DNA of 35,097 nucleotides. Source: a virus (taxonomy: Duplodnaviria > Caudoviricetes). The DNA is taken from positions 1-35,097 of the IMG/VR virus record IMGVR_UViG_3300030419_002509. The stretch is one strand, 5' to 3'. Under the pieces are notes generated by a model, which did no database searches, was not told the DNA's origin, and saw nothing but the letters and a program-made list of their open reading frames with translations. Position 1 is the first letter of the stretch. Every line of letters starts with the position of its first letter. Position numbers and translations under genes: made by a program. Of this stretch, positions 15,320-23,823 are shown one piece after another.

Positions 15320-17665
15320 TCACCAATACCTTTTGGGAATTGCAGCGCCGGAGGCGGCTTCCAAATCCCACCCCAGCGTTTCGTACGAAGACTTCAACTT
15401 GGCCTTGACAGCCTTGTTGATGATTGTGGCTGTATCCAATGTGAAGCCTTCAAGGTCTTCCGATTCACGGAAAGCGACAATGTCAGTCTCGGGTTTGTCA
15501 GCGGGTACTCCACTTACATACACCCATGAGACACTGTCCCCCTTCCCGTACAACGGTCCCTCAATGTTGTCGTTATAATATTGCGCTGCCCGACTCGCGC
15601 CGGATAGCGTTTTGTAATCTGATAGTTTCAAACCGAGTCGTGTAGTCTGACACACCTCACTCGGTTCTACCCCACCGTTCTTAACAGATGCAACAATCGC
15701 TCGCATCTCTTTCGTGACAGCGTTCTCATCAGCCCCATCACAGATTAGATTGAACGCGGTCTCTTGCACTTGCTTACTCAACTTAGATGCACTGCTTGCT
15801 TTCATAGCAAACCCTGCAACCTTCATGCGTCCTCCCTCGGTCTTGCCTACATAGCGGTTCTTCGCTACAAGTAACCAGTAAGGCATCCACTCTTCTAACT
15901 CCACGATGAGTTTGTCGTTGCCTGTCTCACGCTGTACAGCGGTTGTTAGATGGACGGCGAGTGAGTCTGCTTGGTCTCGTGGTACCTTGACGAACACGCT
16001 GTCAGTATGACCATACAGTGTTTCGTAGCCACGATTCTCAGCGTACTTACTTAGCATGAATATCGCTCTCCTACCTTCGCTCGTAATGGTGGCGGCGATG
16101 TCAGCGTCAGCCCAACCGAATCCGGTGTGAGCAGTCATGCCGTACAGTGAAGCCATGACACGCTTGACTGCTTTCTCGGTGGTGCGCCATGCGCCACGCT
16201 CTTCAAGAGTCAGTGTGCTATCAACTGCTTTCGCTTTACATTCATCACGATAGTCAAACAGGTATGTGATAACGGAAGGCAACAGACCTTTCTCGGTTTG
16301 GTCCCAATAAGTCCCGTTGTCCATCATCTTGATACCCGGCCCCGGCGCGGTTCGCTTAGTTTCGTATGACAGGTTGTTGCCGAGAATCAGTGAAGGATAC
16401 AGCCCTTTGAAGTCAAAGATGCCCACCCCTTTGTGTCTGCCTCGCACGAAGGCCAACCCGACCTCCGCTCCCTGTAGTTCGCCATGCTCCACTTTCATAC
16501 GACTTGGTGCTTTCTTGTCGGTTCTGCGCGATAGTAGTCCTCGCCCGAAGTGGCTGACATTAGCAGCGCTCTCAATGGTAACACCACACAGGCGTACCAT
16601 CTCCACGAAGAAGTCAGTCACATTCTGAGCCTTGTCTATATCACGAAGTAGGATTGCGTCAAGCAAACAGTAATCCACGAACTCCGGCCAGTACTCGTTC
16701 CACCCGTTGAATACCGTCATGTCTTCAATCTCCTCGGTGAGTTTGCTACCTAACCCGAGCATCTCTGCTATGTCGTTCAACTTGCGTGAGGCTAACTGAC
16801 CCTTACCGCTGTCCTTCCACACTCTCTCAAACCCGCTACCGCTGTTGGCAGGGGCACTCGTGTCAAAGCACCAGCGACCTACGATAGGTTGCACGGTGTA
16901 GTCAGTCATACCATCTCGGCGGACATAGTGGTCTGCCCCCTTACGGGGTCTGCGCACTACGCCGACAGGAGACAGGCGCTCCGGTTTCGGGAAGCGTGTT
17001 ACCATGTGTGGGAAATCAAAGAACGCTCCACCGTGAGCAATCAGCATATCGGGGTCACCCTTCTGCATGAAAGCGATGAACGCCTCTTGCATATCTCGCT
17101 CGTTGGAGAACAGATGCAAGTCGTAGGTGATGTCACGGACTGTTCGTTGGGTGCGTGTGTTATTTACATCAGCATACGGGCAGTTGGTTGTCTCGTCAGC
17201 CCACGCGAATACCTGTGGTGTGTCAAGCGTGTTGCCCACGACAGCGATGACCGTAGTGGCCTTCGTCTCGGGGTCGCACTCAATATCAAACCACCACTTA
17301 CGGGGCGCCCATCGTGGCATCTCCTCATGGTTGTCAATGAGATACCTGTCGGGGTACCGAATGTCCGCCTCCCATGTACGGTTGAACATACCTCGCATAT
17401 CCCCAACATCTTTCGGGGTATTAACTACCATACACTTGAGTTGCTCTCCGTGAAGACCAACAGCCTTCGTATCGTGTTCGCATACGCTACCGGGGTAACG
17501 CTTCATAGCGTTCCGTATTTGGTAATCCGGCGCGTTCTCCGGTATCCAAAAGTACGGCTTGTAGTCGTCTCGGATATGCTCAATGAGGTTACCATCGGGG
17601 TCACGCCATCGTGTATAGACATGGGCGATATCGTTACCACCGGGATAGAATTGGTCGCAAATCAT
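15320..17665 (-). CDS. polB: Family B DNA polymerase
   Basis: ExoI FDIE, ExoII FFD, ExoIII YCLLD; polymerase motifs DFKGLYPS, K..MASLYG, YGHTDS, KNRY; no intein at 781 aa. Confidence 0.97.
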   Translation of the reverse strand: MICDQFYPGGNDIAHVYTRWRDPDGNLIEHIRDDYKPYFWIPENAPDYQIRNAMKRYPGSVCEHDTKAVGLHGEQLKCMVVNTPKDVGDMRGMFNRTWEADIRYPDRYLIDNHEEMPRWAPRKWWFDIECDPETKATTVIAVVGNTLDTPQVFAWADETTNCPYADVNNTRTQRTVRDITYDLHLFSNERDMQEAFIAFMQKGDPDMLIAHGGAFFDFPHMVTRFPKPERLSPVGVVRRPRKGADHYVRRDGMTDYTVQPIVGRWCFDTSAPANSGSGFERVWKDSGKGQLASRKLNDIAEMLGLGSKLTEEIEDMTVFNGWNEYWPEFVDYCLLDAILLRDIDKAQNVTDFFVEMVRLCGVTIESAANVSHFGRGLLSRRTDKKAPSRMKVEHGELQGAEVGLAFVRGRHKGVGIFDFKGLYPSLILGNNLSYETKRTAPGPGIKMMDNGTYWDQTEKGLLPSVITYLFDYRDECKAKAVDSTLTLEERGAWRTTEKAVKRVMASLYGMTAHTGFGWADADIAATITSEGRRAIFMLSKYAENRGYETLYGHTDSVFVKVPRDQADSLAVHLTTAVQRETGNDKLIVELEEWMPYWLLVAKNRYVGKTEGGRMKVAGFAMKASSASKLSKQVQETAFNLICDGADENAVTKEMRAIVASVKNGGVEPSEVCQTTRLGLKLSDYKTLSGASRAAQYYNDNIEGPLYGKGDSVSWVYVSGVPADKPETDIVAFRESEDLEGFTLDTATIINKAVKAKLKSSYETLGWDLEAASGAAIPKRYW

Positions 17666-17784
17666 TCTACTGCCTCCGCTTCATAACACTCTTGGCACTT
17701 CCATGTGGTAGCAGGTGTGCCGACGAAATGGTCTGCGGGGTATATGTGGCAGCACCACTCACACTCAATCAAACTCTCACTCAT
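17662..17784 (-). CDS. 40-aa zinc-finger microprotein (not in ORF track)
   Basis: MSESLIECEWCCHIYPADHFVGTPATTWKCQECYEAEAVE; ATGA overlaps at both ends and GGAGG RBS. Confidence 0.75.
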   Translation of the reverse strand: MSESLIECEWCCHIYPADHFVGTPATTWKCQECYEAEAVE

Positions 17785-17796
17785 TCTACTGCCTCC
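17662..17796. repeat. Perfect 16-bp direct repeat of an RBS/stop/start junction
   Basis: TCATTCTACTGCCTCC at 17662-17677 and 17781-17796. Confidence 0.9.
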
Positions 17797-18101
17797 CAAA
17801 GCGTGACCGGGCCTGTGTCAGAGTCGCGCGACCCCCTACCCCGATACATACCTGCTTTGCGAAACAGCGCAGGGCAACAGGTCATTATTTGCGCAAGTGA
17901 GTTAGAGGAAGGCGTGTTGTGGTTGAGTCTGACCCCCCCTGCCCCTCTCCTGTCGGACGGCGCGGACCGGGGGCGATGCTTCAGCCGGCTAATGATTTGT
18001 TGTGCCGTCATCGCCCCTTCCTCCAACAGCAGTGCGTGTACCGTGCGTTTGATTCGCTTATGTTTGCGTCCGATATTCTTCTCCTCTACCATCTGTAACA
18101 C
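17781..18101 (-). CDS. Putative winged-helix DNA-binding protein
   Basis: LLLEEGAMTAQQIISRL...PSSNSLAQIM...LW pattern; basic protein. Confidence 0.55.
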   Translation of the reverse strand: MLQMVEEKNIGRKHKRIKRTVHALLLEEGAMTAQQIISRLKHRPRSAPSDRRGAGGVRLNHNTPSSNSLAQIMTCCPALFRKAGMYRGRGSRDSDTGPVTLWEAVE

Positions 18102-18105
18102 TCCT

Positions 18106-18852
18106 TTACTCCCCCTGTGGTATTACTACTAATAGGCATTCTTTCTCAGCATGGTTGAAAACAAGCACACTGCCTTCGCCTGTATATACTTCACAAGGCC
18201 CTGCCGGTAGTGCGTTCAGTAGTTGTGGTAACCATGAGCCGAAGATGTTGGATACCTCCACGGGGGGACTATCTGCGTTGTGCAACTCAAGAGTCACGCT
18301 CATCTGCGCATCCGTCTTGTCTCCACCCGTAATGGTCAGACTACCTTCATGGAACTGCGCGGCGTAAGACTTGTCCTTCCCGACTACCTTTTGCATCTGT
18401 GATACAGGTACAAGGCTACTCGTTTGTTCAAGCAATCCGTAGCAGTTGAGCGCTTCGCCCGACCACGATTTCCAGTCGGCCTCAGTTGATTCGGCGACCA
18501 ACTTTGTGACAGTGGGTAGCGCCATAGCACTACGCACACTGTCAATGGTTGGTAGCGTGACTTCGGTTCCGCCGTTGGATAGGTGTAGAGGTCTCTTGGG
18601 TTTCTGCCACATTGTGATATTGTTGCCGTCACACGCTCGTAGGAACGCTGCGACTTTACCGATATCGGATATGACAAACTGACCCGGCTCATCCACGGTA
18701 GCGCTGATGCGCTGTGTGAAGAAATGTGTCGGCATGGCTACGCCACCTACGAGGCTGAACTCCTTAGCGTCCAGCATCAAGTCGCTGACATTGTGCCCGA
18801 AGGATAGAATGAACTTACGCAACTCGTCCTTATCTACGCTGATGCGTGTCAT
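18106..18852 (-). CDS. Putative divergent DNA sliding clamp
   Basis: 248 aa with a two-domain beta/alpha periodicity like PCNA or gp45, located upstream of polB; canonical PCNA motifs are weak. Confidence 0.5.
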   Translation of the reverse strand: MTRISVDKDELRKFILSFGHNVSDLMLDAKEFSLVGGVAMPTHFFTQRISATVDEPGQFVISDIGKVAAFLRACDGNNITMWQKPKRPLHLSNGGTEVTLPTIDSVRSAMALPTVTKLVAESTEADWKSWSGEALNCYGLLEQTSSLVPVSQMQKVVGKDKSYAAQFHEGSLTITGGDKTDAQMSVTLELHNADSPPVEVSNIFGSWLPQLLNALPAGPCEVYTGEGSVLVFNHAEKECLLVVIPQGE

Positions 18853-19076
18853 TGGCTCACCTCTTTGGGTTCGTCTTGTTTAACCCAACGCGAAACACCC
18901 CAAACGGGGTTTGCTCCTGTCACACACCAATTAAAATCAAGGCCATGTTGCTTTTCGTATGCTCTCATATCAGAATGAGACCAACGATATGAGCATGGTC
19001 TATACATGAAAACATAACCGTCTTCATCCACCTCCTCGGTAACAATATCTCCCAAGCCATCGTGTTCCGGTATCAC
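18849..19076 (-). CDS. Hypothetical protein
   Basis: Coupled ORF with overlaps at both ends; AT-richer. Confidence 0.6.
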   Translation of the reverse strand: MIPEHDGLGDIVTEEVDEDGYVFMYRPCSYRWSHSDMRAYEKQHGLDFNWCVTGANPVWGVSRWVKQDEPKEVSQ

Positions 19077-19330
19077 TCCTCCCCACCTCCGAAGGTAGGG
19101 GGGTTCTGTCGTTGAAGTAATAACATCTTACCGAACGCCGCGGCTTCGGGTTTGATGAGACCCATGCGTGCAGGTATGACCAGCAAACAGTCACAGGCGT
19201 CACAGCATCGTGCGTGCTCGGTGGCGGTCGGCTCTACAAGAGGCAGCGCGTTGTTGCCACCCTGCCAAATCACATTACCATCAGCGTCACGCTTGATTTC
19301 AATGTCCTTGTTACAGATGCAACACTTCAC
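19073..19330 (-). CDS. Zinc-binding viral protein
   Basis: KCCIC...GNNALP...RCCDACD..VIPAR. Confidence 0.7.
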   Translation of the reverse strand: MKCCICNKDIEIKRDADGNVIWQGGNNALPLVEPTATEHARCCDACDCLLVIPARMGLIKPEAAAFGKMLLLQRQNPPTFGGGEE

Positions 19331-19515
19331 GCTTCATCACCTCGGTCTCCGCAACCCGGACAGTCAAACACCCTAAGCGATGACCATGCTGTATCGCCTT
19401 CGTGATGCCACGCGAGGCAGCCGTCACTGTCAAGTTTGTCTTTATCCATGCTATCAAAAGAATGCACTCGGCAATTTTCGTTACCGCATACTAATTGTAC
19501 TACTACACCATTCAC
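19327..19515 (-). CDS. Small zinc-binding protein
   Basis: C-x4-C...CPGC; GTGA overlaps with GAGGTGA RBS. Confidence 0.65.
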   Translation of the reverse strand: MNGVVVQLVCGNENCRVHSFDSMDKDKLDSDGCLAWHHEGDTAWSSLRVFDCPGCGDRGDEA

Positions 19516-19802
19516 TCTTCCTCACCTCGTGATGCCTCAAGCGATGCTAACACATCGTTGTTCAGCGCTCCCTTCAACACATCGTATGCTCCGGGGATGC
19601 GTAGTATGGTTGATGCAGGTAGAGCGTCTATGATTTCCTCAAGCGCTCCGTCAAACACCTCATCAGTTACCCATGAGTAGTCACCCTTACGAGCAGTGCT
19701 GTACTCCCACTGACACTCATCAACCGAGCAGTGCTTTTGGATACTGCCGCTAGTCTTACGAGTGATAATGGTATCCATCCCTCCACAATCGGGGCAGTTC
19801 AT
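19512..19802 (-). CDS. Zinc-ribbon protein
   Basis: CPDC...C-x4-C. Confidence 0.7.
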   Translation of the reverse strand: MNCPDCGGMDTIITRKTSGSIQKHCSVDECQWEYSTARKGDYSWVTDEVFDGALEEIIDALPASTILRIPGAYDVLKGALNNDVLASLEASRGEEE

Positions 19803-20033
19803 TCACCTACCCTCCACATTGTCAAGTAGCGTTTCAAGTTCGTCTGCCGCGCTTAGATACCCTTTACTACGAGACTCATGCCCAGCCGATTGCCCTCTCA
19901 ATCTCCAAGTGTTTATCATTGAGCGTAGTTTATCCATGAGCCAATCAAAGTACTCTTCGCATGATTCCGGTGGCGGTGGGTCAATAGTAGGGGGTTTGAT
20001 GATAGGTAGTTCCGTTATAGGTAGTTCCGTCAT
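19803..20033 (-). CDS. Hypothetical protein
   Basis: Coupled ORF; N-terminal TELPI duplication. Confidence 0.65.
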   Translation of the reverse strand: MTELPITELPIIKPPTIDPPPPESCEEYFDWLMDKLRSMINTWRLRGQSAGHESRSKGYLSAADELETLLDNVEGR

Positions 20034-21016
20034 AGGTTACCCTCCGATAGTTCCGGTAGTCCGTGGAATACTCCTGCCGCGTCCGGTCGTGTTACACCAA
20101 CGAGTCGGCGTTGCCCTTGCAGGTCAAGATTCGTTGCGCTCTTAGTGAAAGTCGCCCAGTAATTGACGACACCTGTCTTTGAGCCACCTTCGTCTCGCTC
20201 TTCCTCTCTCGTGTAGTGGATGATTTGTCGCACCTTGTTCAGTAGTTGCTTCTCACAAGCAGGCTTTGTGTTCAATGTTTCCTTGTTGTTCTCATACACA
20301 ATTTGTTCGTGAGTCTCAAGATATACCTTGACGCCGAGTCGCATAAGCGCTGAGCAAATAGCAGTCAGTTGGTGGTAGCGTGTGTGACGAATCTGCCAAT
20401 TCCAGCGGTTACCCACAAGTGACTGTGGATTGACTGCCGCAGCGATACCATCGGGTGCCGCTCCCAAGTCTGCGATTTTCATACAGTTGGTGGCGACTTC
20501 GTTCCATAGGTCAAGACCGGTCACTACGAACCACTTGATTACGGGTCCGGTGTAGTTGTCTCTCTGTTGCTTGACCGCCCACTCAATAGCAGTGCGGCCG
20601 ATATCCATGACCCTGTCGTGAGTACCCGGGTAGTCGTATGTAGTACGCCCTTCACCACTCATCTCCCATGGGGAGAGGCAGCGAATGTTGTGCAACCTGT
20701 CTCGGTGATGTGCGCTACGGCAGGCCGCAGCCCCGCTGTCAAAATCAACAGCGAGGATGCAACCCCCGTCTTTGATGTCTTGCTCAGTCAGCGCGTTCAT
20801 TACGCACCCTGTCTTCATGGTACCCTCTTCACCCCATGCTAGGATGAAGGTGTGGTTATGGTTGTCATCAGTAGCGGCCGATTCAATCTCATCCCACATA
20901 CTTCGCTGTGCCTCTGCACTAATGCTAGTCACTTCGGGGAGAGGAGCGGCCGACGCTTGCGCCTCACTCGGGTCCTCCTCTTCCGCCGCTTTCATGGCTG
21001 CGAATCCGCCGCTCAC
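20030..21016 (-). CDS. RecA-fold P-loop ATPase (Sak4/RadB-like recombination ATPase)
   Basis: Walker A GEEGTMKT, AVDFD strand, degenerate Walker B FVVTGLD, LETHE; adjacent to the putative SSB. Confidence 0.7.
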   Translation of the reverse strand: MSGGFAAMKAAEEEDPSEAQASAAPLPEVTSISAEAQRSMWDEIESAATDDNHNHTFILAWGEEGTMKTGCVMNALTEQDIKDGGCILAVDFDSGAAACRSAHHRDRLHNIRCLSPWEMSGEGRTTYDYPGTHDRVMDIGRTAIEWAVKQQRDNYTGPVIKWFVVTGLDLWNEVATNCMKIADLGAAPDGIAAAVNPQSLVGNRWNWQIRHTRYHQLTAICSALMRLGVKVYLETHEQIVYENNKETLNTKPACEKQLLNKVRQIIHYTREEERDEGGSKTGVVNYWATFTKSATNLDLQGQRRLVGVTRPDAAGVFHGLPELSEGNL

Positions 21017-22359
21017 TGTGAGCCACCCCCGAATTGGGTAAGGTCTGTGTCGCCGCCTTCGCCCGCAGGTATTACGAGACGAGGTACAGCATATACACCG
21101 AGTGCGTTGATGCGTGGTATGCGGTCTATCTCGTTACCGTTGTCGTCTTTGATAGGTCGTGTGCCAAGTCTGCCGAATACGAAGACTGTTGATTTGTTAG
21201 CGTAAGGTAACCACCTGTCACCGTCACGGTAGTCAAGTGCGTTGTTACTCTCAACGAGGAACCCGTGCATAACACAAGATACTTCGCGGCGAGGCCCGTC
21301 CGGGTGTTCTCGCTGTAGCCCGAATGAGGAAATGCTCATTGGGTAACGCATACCTGTTGGGTCATCACCGAATGAATCTTCCCATCCTTCACGATTCACA
21401 TAAGTTACTTTGCCCTTGACTAAGACGAGCGGCCCAATGGGGTTAGGGATGCCCGGGACTGTCTTGCTACCAGTAGCAAACACTTCCTCCAAGTCGGGTA
21501 AGTCGCAATACATATCATGGTTAATCCACATGCGCTCCGGTGCGAGCAAAGTTCTATCCGCCTCATCCACGAAGTCGTCTGTATAACGAATCGTTGATTG
21601 GAAGTTACTCGCCGCTGTCACGAAGGGTATATCCGTTTGTTGATTCTCTCTCGGAGGCATCACTTTCACCCTGCAAGGTGCGCCTATCGCTACCGGGAAG
21701 GCCGGCGGGTTCTCGGGGTCGCCAACTCGTAGCGCCCACAGAGCGATGTTGTCGTTGAAATTGTCTTCGGTGTTACCGAGGAAGTAGTAAGTGCGTTGCC
21801 ACATCACAGGTCTGATAGGCTTCCCATAGGAATCCCAAGCGCTATTGGTTTGTAGCATAGCGAAATTGATTCCGCCATCACGAACCATCCACCACGGGTC
21901 GCCTCCTTCCGCACTGTCCTCGGTTTGTCGTACGCTGTCCTTGCCCTCAAGCATCCAGCGCCCGTTCTCCGTGTAGGCACGAGCCACTATCCCGTTAGCG
22001 ATTGCTGCGCTCAAGTCTTGACGAACAGCGTTAATTGCTGCTTGCCTGTCTCCCGCTCGCTTGTCATTCACTTTCTTATCTACTCCCACAAACCATCCAA
22101 CGAAATCAGTCGTAGTCGCTCTGCCCGTTTTACGGGAATCAACGACCACGAAGGTCTCCGCCGAGTCTTCAAGGAAGTCTCCGTCCTCACTAGCCGGGTC
22201 ATCAATCCCGATTGCGTCTCGTAGATAGACGATGAACTCAGCATACGCTTCTGCTAGCGTCTTGCCGTTGTTCTCCGCCCACCAACTCAACCTCTCGGTC
22301 ACGCCGTCCGGCCAGTTCATTCCATTCTCATTTCCATTCGCATTATTCATACTGCTCAT
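21013..22359 (-). CDS. Putative ssDNA-binding protein (RPA/OB-fold-like)
   Basis: Beta-rich segments LVKGKVTYV and VFVFGRL, aromatic residues and an acidic C-terminal tail; lies between RFC and the RecA-fold ATPase. Confidence 0.5.
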   Translation of the reverse strand: MSSMNNANGNENGMNWPDGVTERLSWWAENNGKTLAEAYAEFIVYLRDAIGIDDPASEDGDFLEDSAETFVVVDSRKTGRATTTDFVGWFVGVDKKVNDKRAGDRQAAINAVRQDLSAAIANGIVARAYTENGRWMLEGKDSVRQTEDSAEGGDPWWMVRDGGINFAMLQTNSAWDSYGKPIRPVMWQRTYYFLGNTEDNFNDNIALWALRVGDPENPPAFPVAIGAPCRVKVMPPRENQQTDIPFVTAASNFQSTIRYTDDFVDEADRTLLAPERMWINHDMYCDLPDLEEVFATGSKTVPGIPNPIGPLVLVKGKVTYVNREGWEDSFGDDPTGMRYPMSISSFGLQREHPDGPRREVSCVMHGFLVESNNALDYRDGDRWLPYANKSTVFVFGRLGTRPIKDDNGNEIDRIPRINALGVYAVPRLVIPAGEGGDTDLTQFGGGSQ

Positions 22360-23359
22360 TCTCCTGTTTGACCACCGCAGAGGCTACCTGTAAAGCAGAC
22401 ACAAAGTAGTCAATGAAATCATCGCTACTTAACGGCCAAGCCGTTGCCTTCATTACGAAGTCTCCCCAAACGGAGGAATATGATGTAAATTGCTCAGCGT
22501 CCATGCCGAGCGTGCGAACGAACTGATGCAAGCGGCGGAGCATCTCCAAGTTGGATAGCCCCCCTTCCGACAATCGCTTTAGTTCAACGCGTAGTGATTC
22601 GTAGTCGCCCATCGCTACCGATAGGGCGGGATTAGATAGGTCACGAGACAGGCCAACGAGCCTCTCGTGCAGTGCTTCCTGTAGTTTGGCGGTGGATTGT
22701 AGTAAATCTACACACTTTCGTAGGTCACCACCTGTGGCTGAGTGGAGCAGGTCGTAAGACTCAGTCCATCCGTGAGGTATGTCAGCCCCTTGTGATACGA
22801 GGCGAGCCATGAGGTCAGCCACTTCTGCTTCGGTGTATGGCGCGAACTCATAGGTCACGCAACGAGATTGTATCGCAGGGATGATGGCAGGCATTGAATT
22901 GACTGCGAGTATGAACATAGTCTTGTCACTATATTTCTCCATTGTACGGCGCAGTGCTTCCTGCGCAGGCTTCGTCAATCCGTCAGCCTCGTCAAGGAAT
23001 ATCACTTTGCGAGATACACCCATAGGGCTGATGCGAGCCGCTTGTTTGATATTGTCACGAATGAAATCAATACCTCTATCATCTGACGCATTGAACTCAT
23101 GGAAATTAGTAGCGAGCAAGTCTTCGTTGTGTCCGAACATCTCACGGGCTAAGACTTCCGCTACGGTAGTCTTACCCATACCCGGCGACCCAGCGAAGAG
23201 GAGTGCGGCAGGCGCATTCCTTGACAAGTTGGTAGGACGGGATACAGATTTACCCTCCATCCACCCTTTGATGTCTCGCTTCAATTTCTCAAGACCAACC
23301 AATTCCGATATGGTTGATGGCCTATACAGTTCTCTCCAAACCTCTGCTTTTTCGGTCAT
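22343..23359 (-). CDS. rfcS: Replication factor C small subunit (clamp loader)
   Basis: WRELYRP, GSPGMGKTT, FNASDDRGID, FLDEAD, ALRRTME, IQSRC, GDLR. Confidence 0.95.
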   Translation of the reverse strand: MTEKAEVWRELYRPSTISELVGLEKLKRDIKGWMEGKSVSRPTNLSRNAPAALLFAGSPGMGKTTVAEVLAREMFGHNEDLLATNFHEFNASDDRGIDFIRDNIKQAARISPMGVSRKVIFLDEADGLTKPAQEALRRTMEKYSDKTMFILAVNSMPAIIPAIQSRCVTYEFAPYTEAEVADLMARLVSQGADIPHGWTESYDLLHSATGGDLRKCVDLLQSTAKLQEALHERLVGLSRDLSNPALSVAMGDYESLRVELKRLSEGGLSNLEMLRRLHQFVRTLGMDAEQFTSYSSVWGDFVMKATAWPLSSDDFIDYFVSALQVASAVVKQENEQYE

Positions 23360-23367
23360 TGGCTGCT

Positions 23368-23399
23368 TAAAACGGTGATTGCCTTATATACTAAGCCCC
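23368..23399 (-). promoter_or_regulatory. Conserved viral promoter, copy 1 (upstream of rfcS)
   Basis: - strand GGGGCTTAGTATATAAGGCAATCACCGTTTTA; TATA about 25 nt before ATG 23359; identical to 31387-31418. Confidence 0.8.
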
Positions 23400-23413
23400 C
23401 TTTTTCAGTCTCA

Positions 23414-23496
23414 GTTTTCTTGGTTTTCTTGATTCTATTTAAGAATCTATAATAATATTCTAATCTATTAATTAGAAGTTAGAAAACCGAGAAAAC
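23414..23496. other. Candidate replication origin: inverted repeat flanking AT-rich core
   Basis: GTTTTCTTGGTTTTCT (23414-23429) and AGAAAACCGAGAAAAC (23481-23496) are reverse complements at 15 of 16 positions, around a 51-bp strongly AT-rich spacer. Confidence 0.6.
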
Positions 23497-23823
23497 CTCA
23501 AACAGTTCTTCGTGGCTCAAACCCCGTAGGGGTTTGTCTAGCATTTTCGTCAGCCTATCCATGTTTTCTTTGTCCTTGACCTGCTCTCTTACCGGTGAGA
23601 GGAGATGTAACAAACGCCGAAGTTCAGTTTTGGTATGGATATGACGATGTTGTATTCCCTTAGACTTGAGCCATGTTTGTAAATCGGGTTCAAGTCGTGG
23701 TGATGCTATCGCTTTACGAACAGGGGTGTAGCCTAGCATAGCCTTCTGTGAAAAATGAATAGTACAATGGAACCGACACTCCCGCGCCAGCCATCCAAGA
23801 AAGAAAGATTCGTGGTCACTCAC
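23479..23823 (-). CDS. Degenerate single-motif LAGLIDADG-like protein
   Basis: FLGWLARECRFHCTI...LGY aligns by eye with LAGFVDGEGSFSI...GY; 114 aa. Confidence 0.5.
   Translation of the reverse strand: MSDHESFFLGWLARECRFHCTIHFSQKAMLGYTPVRKAIASPRLEPDLQTWLKSKGIQHRHIHTKTELRRLLHLLSPVREQVKDKENMDRLTKMLDKPLRGLSHEELFEVFSVF

Noticed and set aside
15320-17665. Inteins in PolB, helicase or RFC
   Set aside because: Protein lengths are normal, and no intein terminal motifs or embedded endonuclease are seen.
16889-17686. 265-aa + strand ORF and other long antisense ORFs (e.g. 5683..6198, 22881..23378)
   Set aside because: They are shadows of well-supported - strand genes, with no motifs or RBS.
20002-20030. 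Tandem ATAGGTAGTTCCGT duplication
   Set aside because: A simple in-frame 15-bp duplication encoding TELPI twice, with no further structure.
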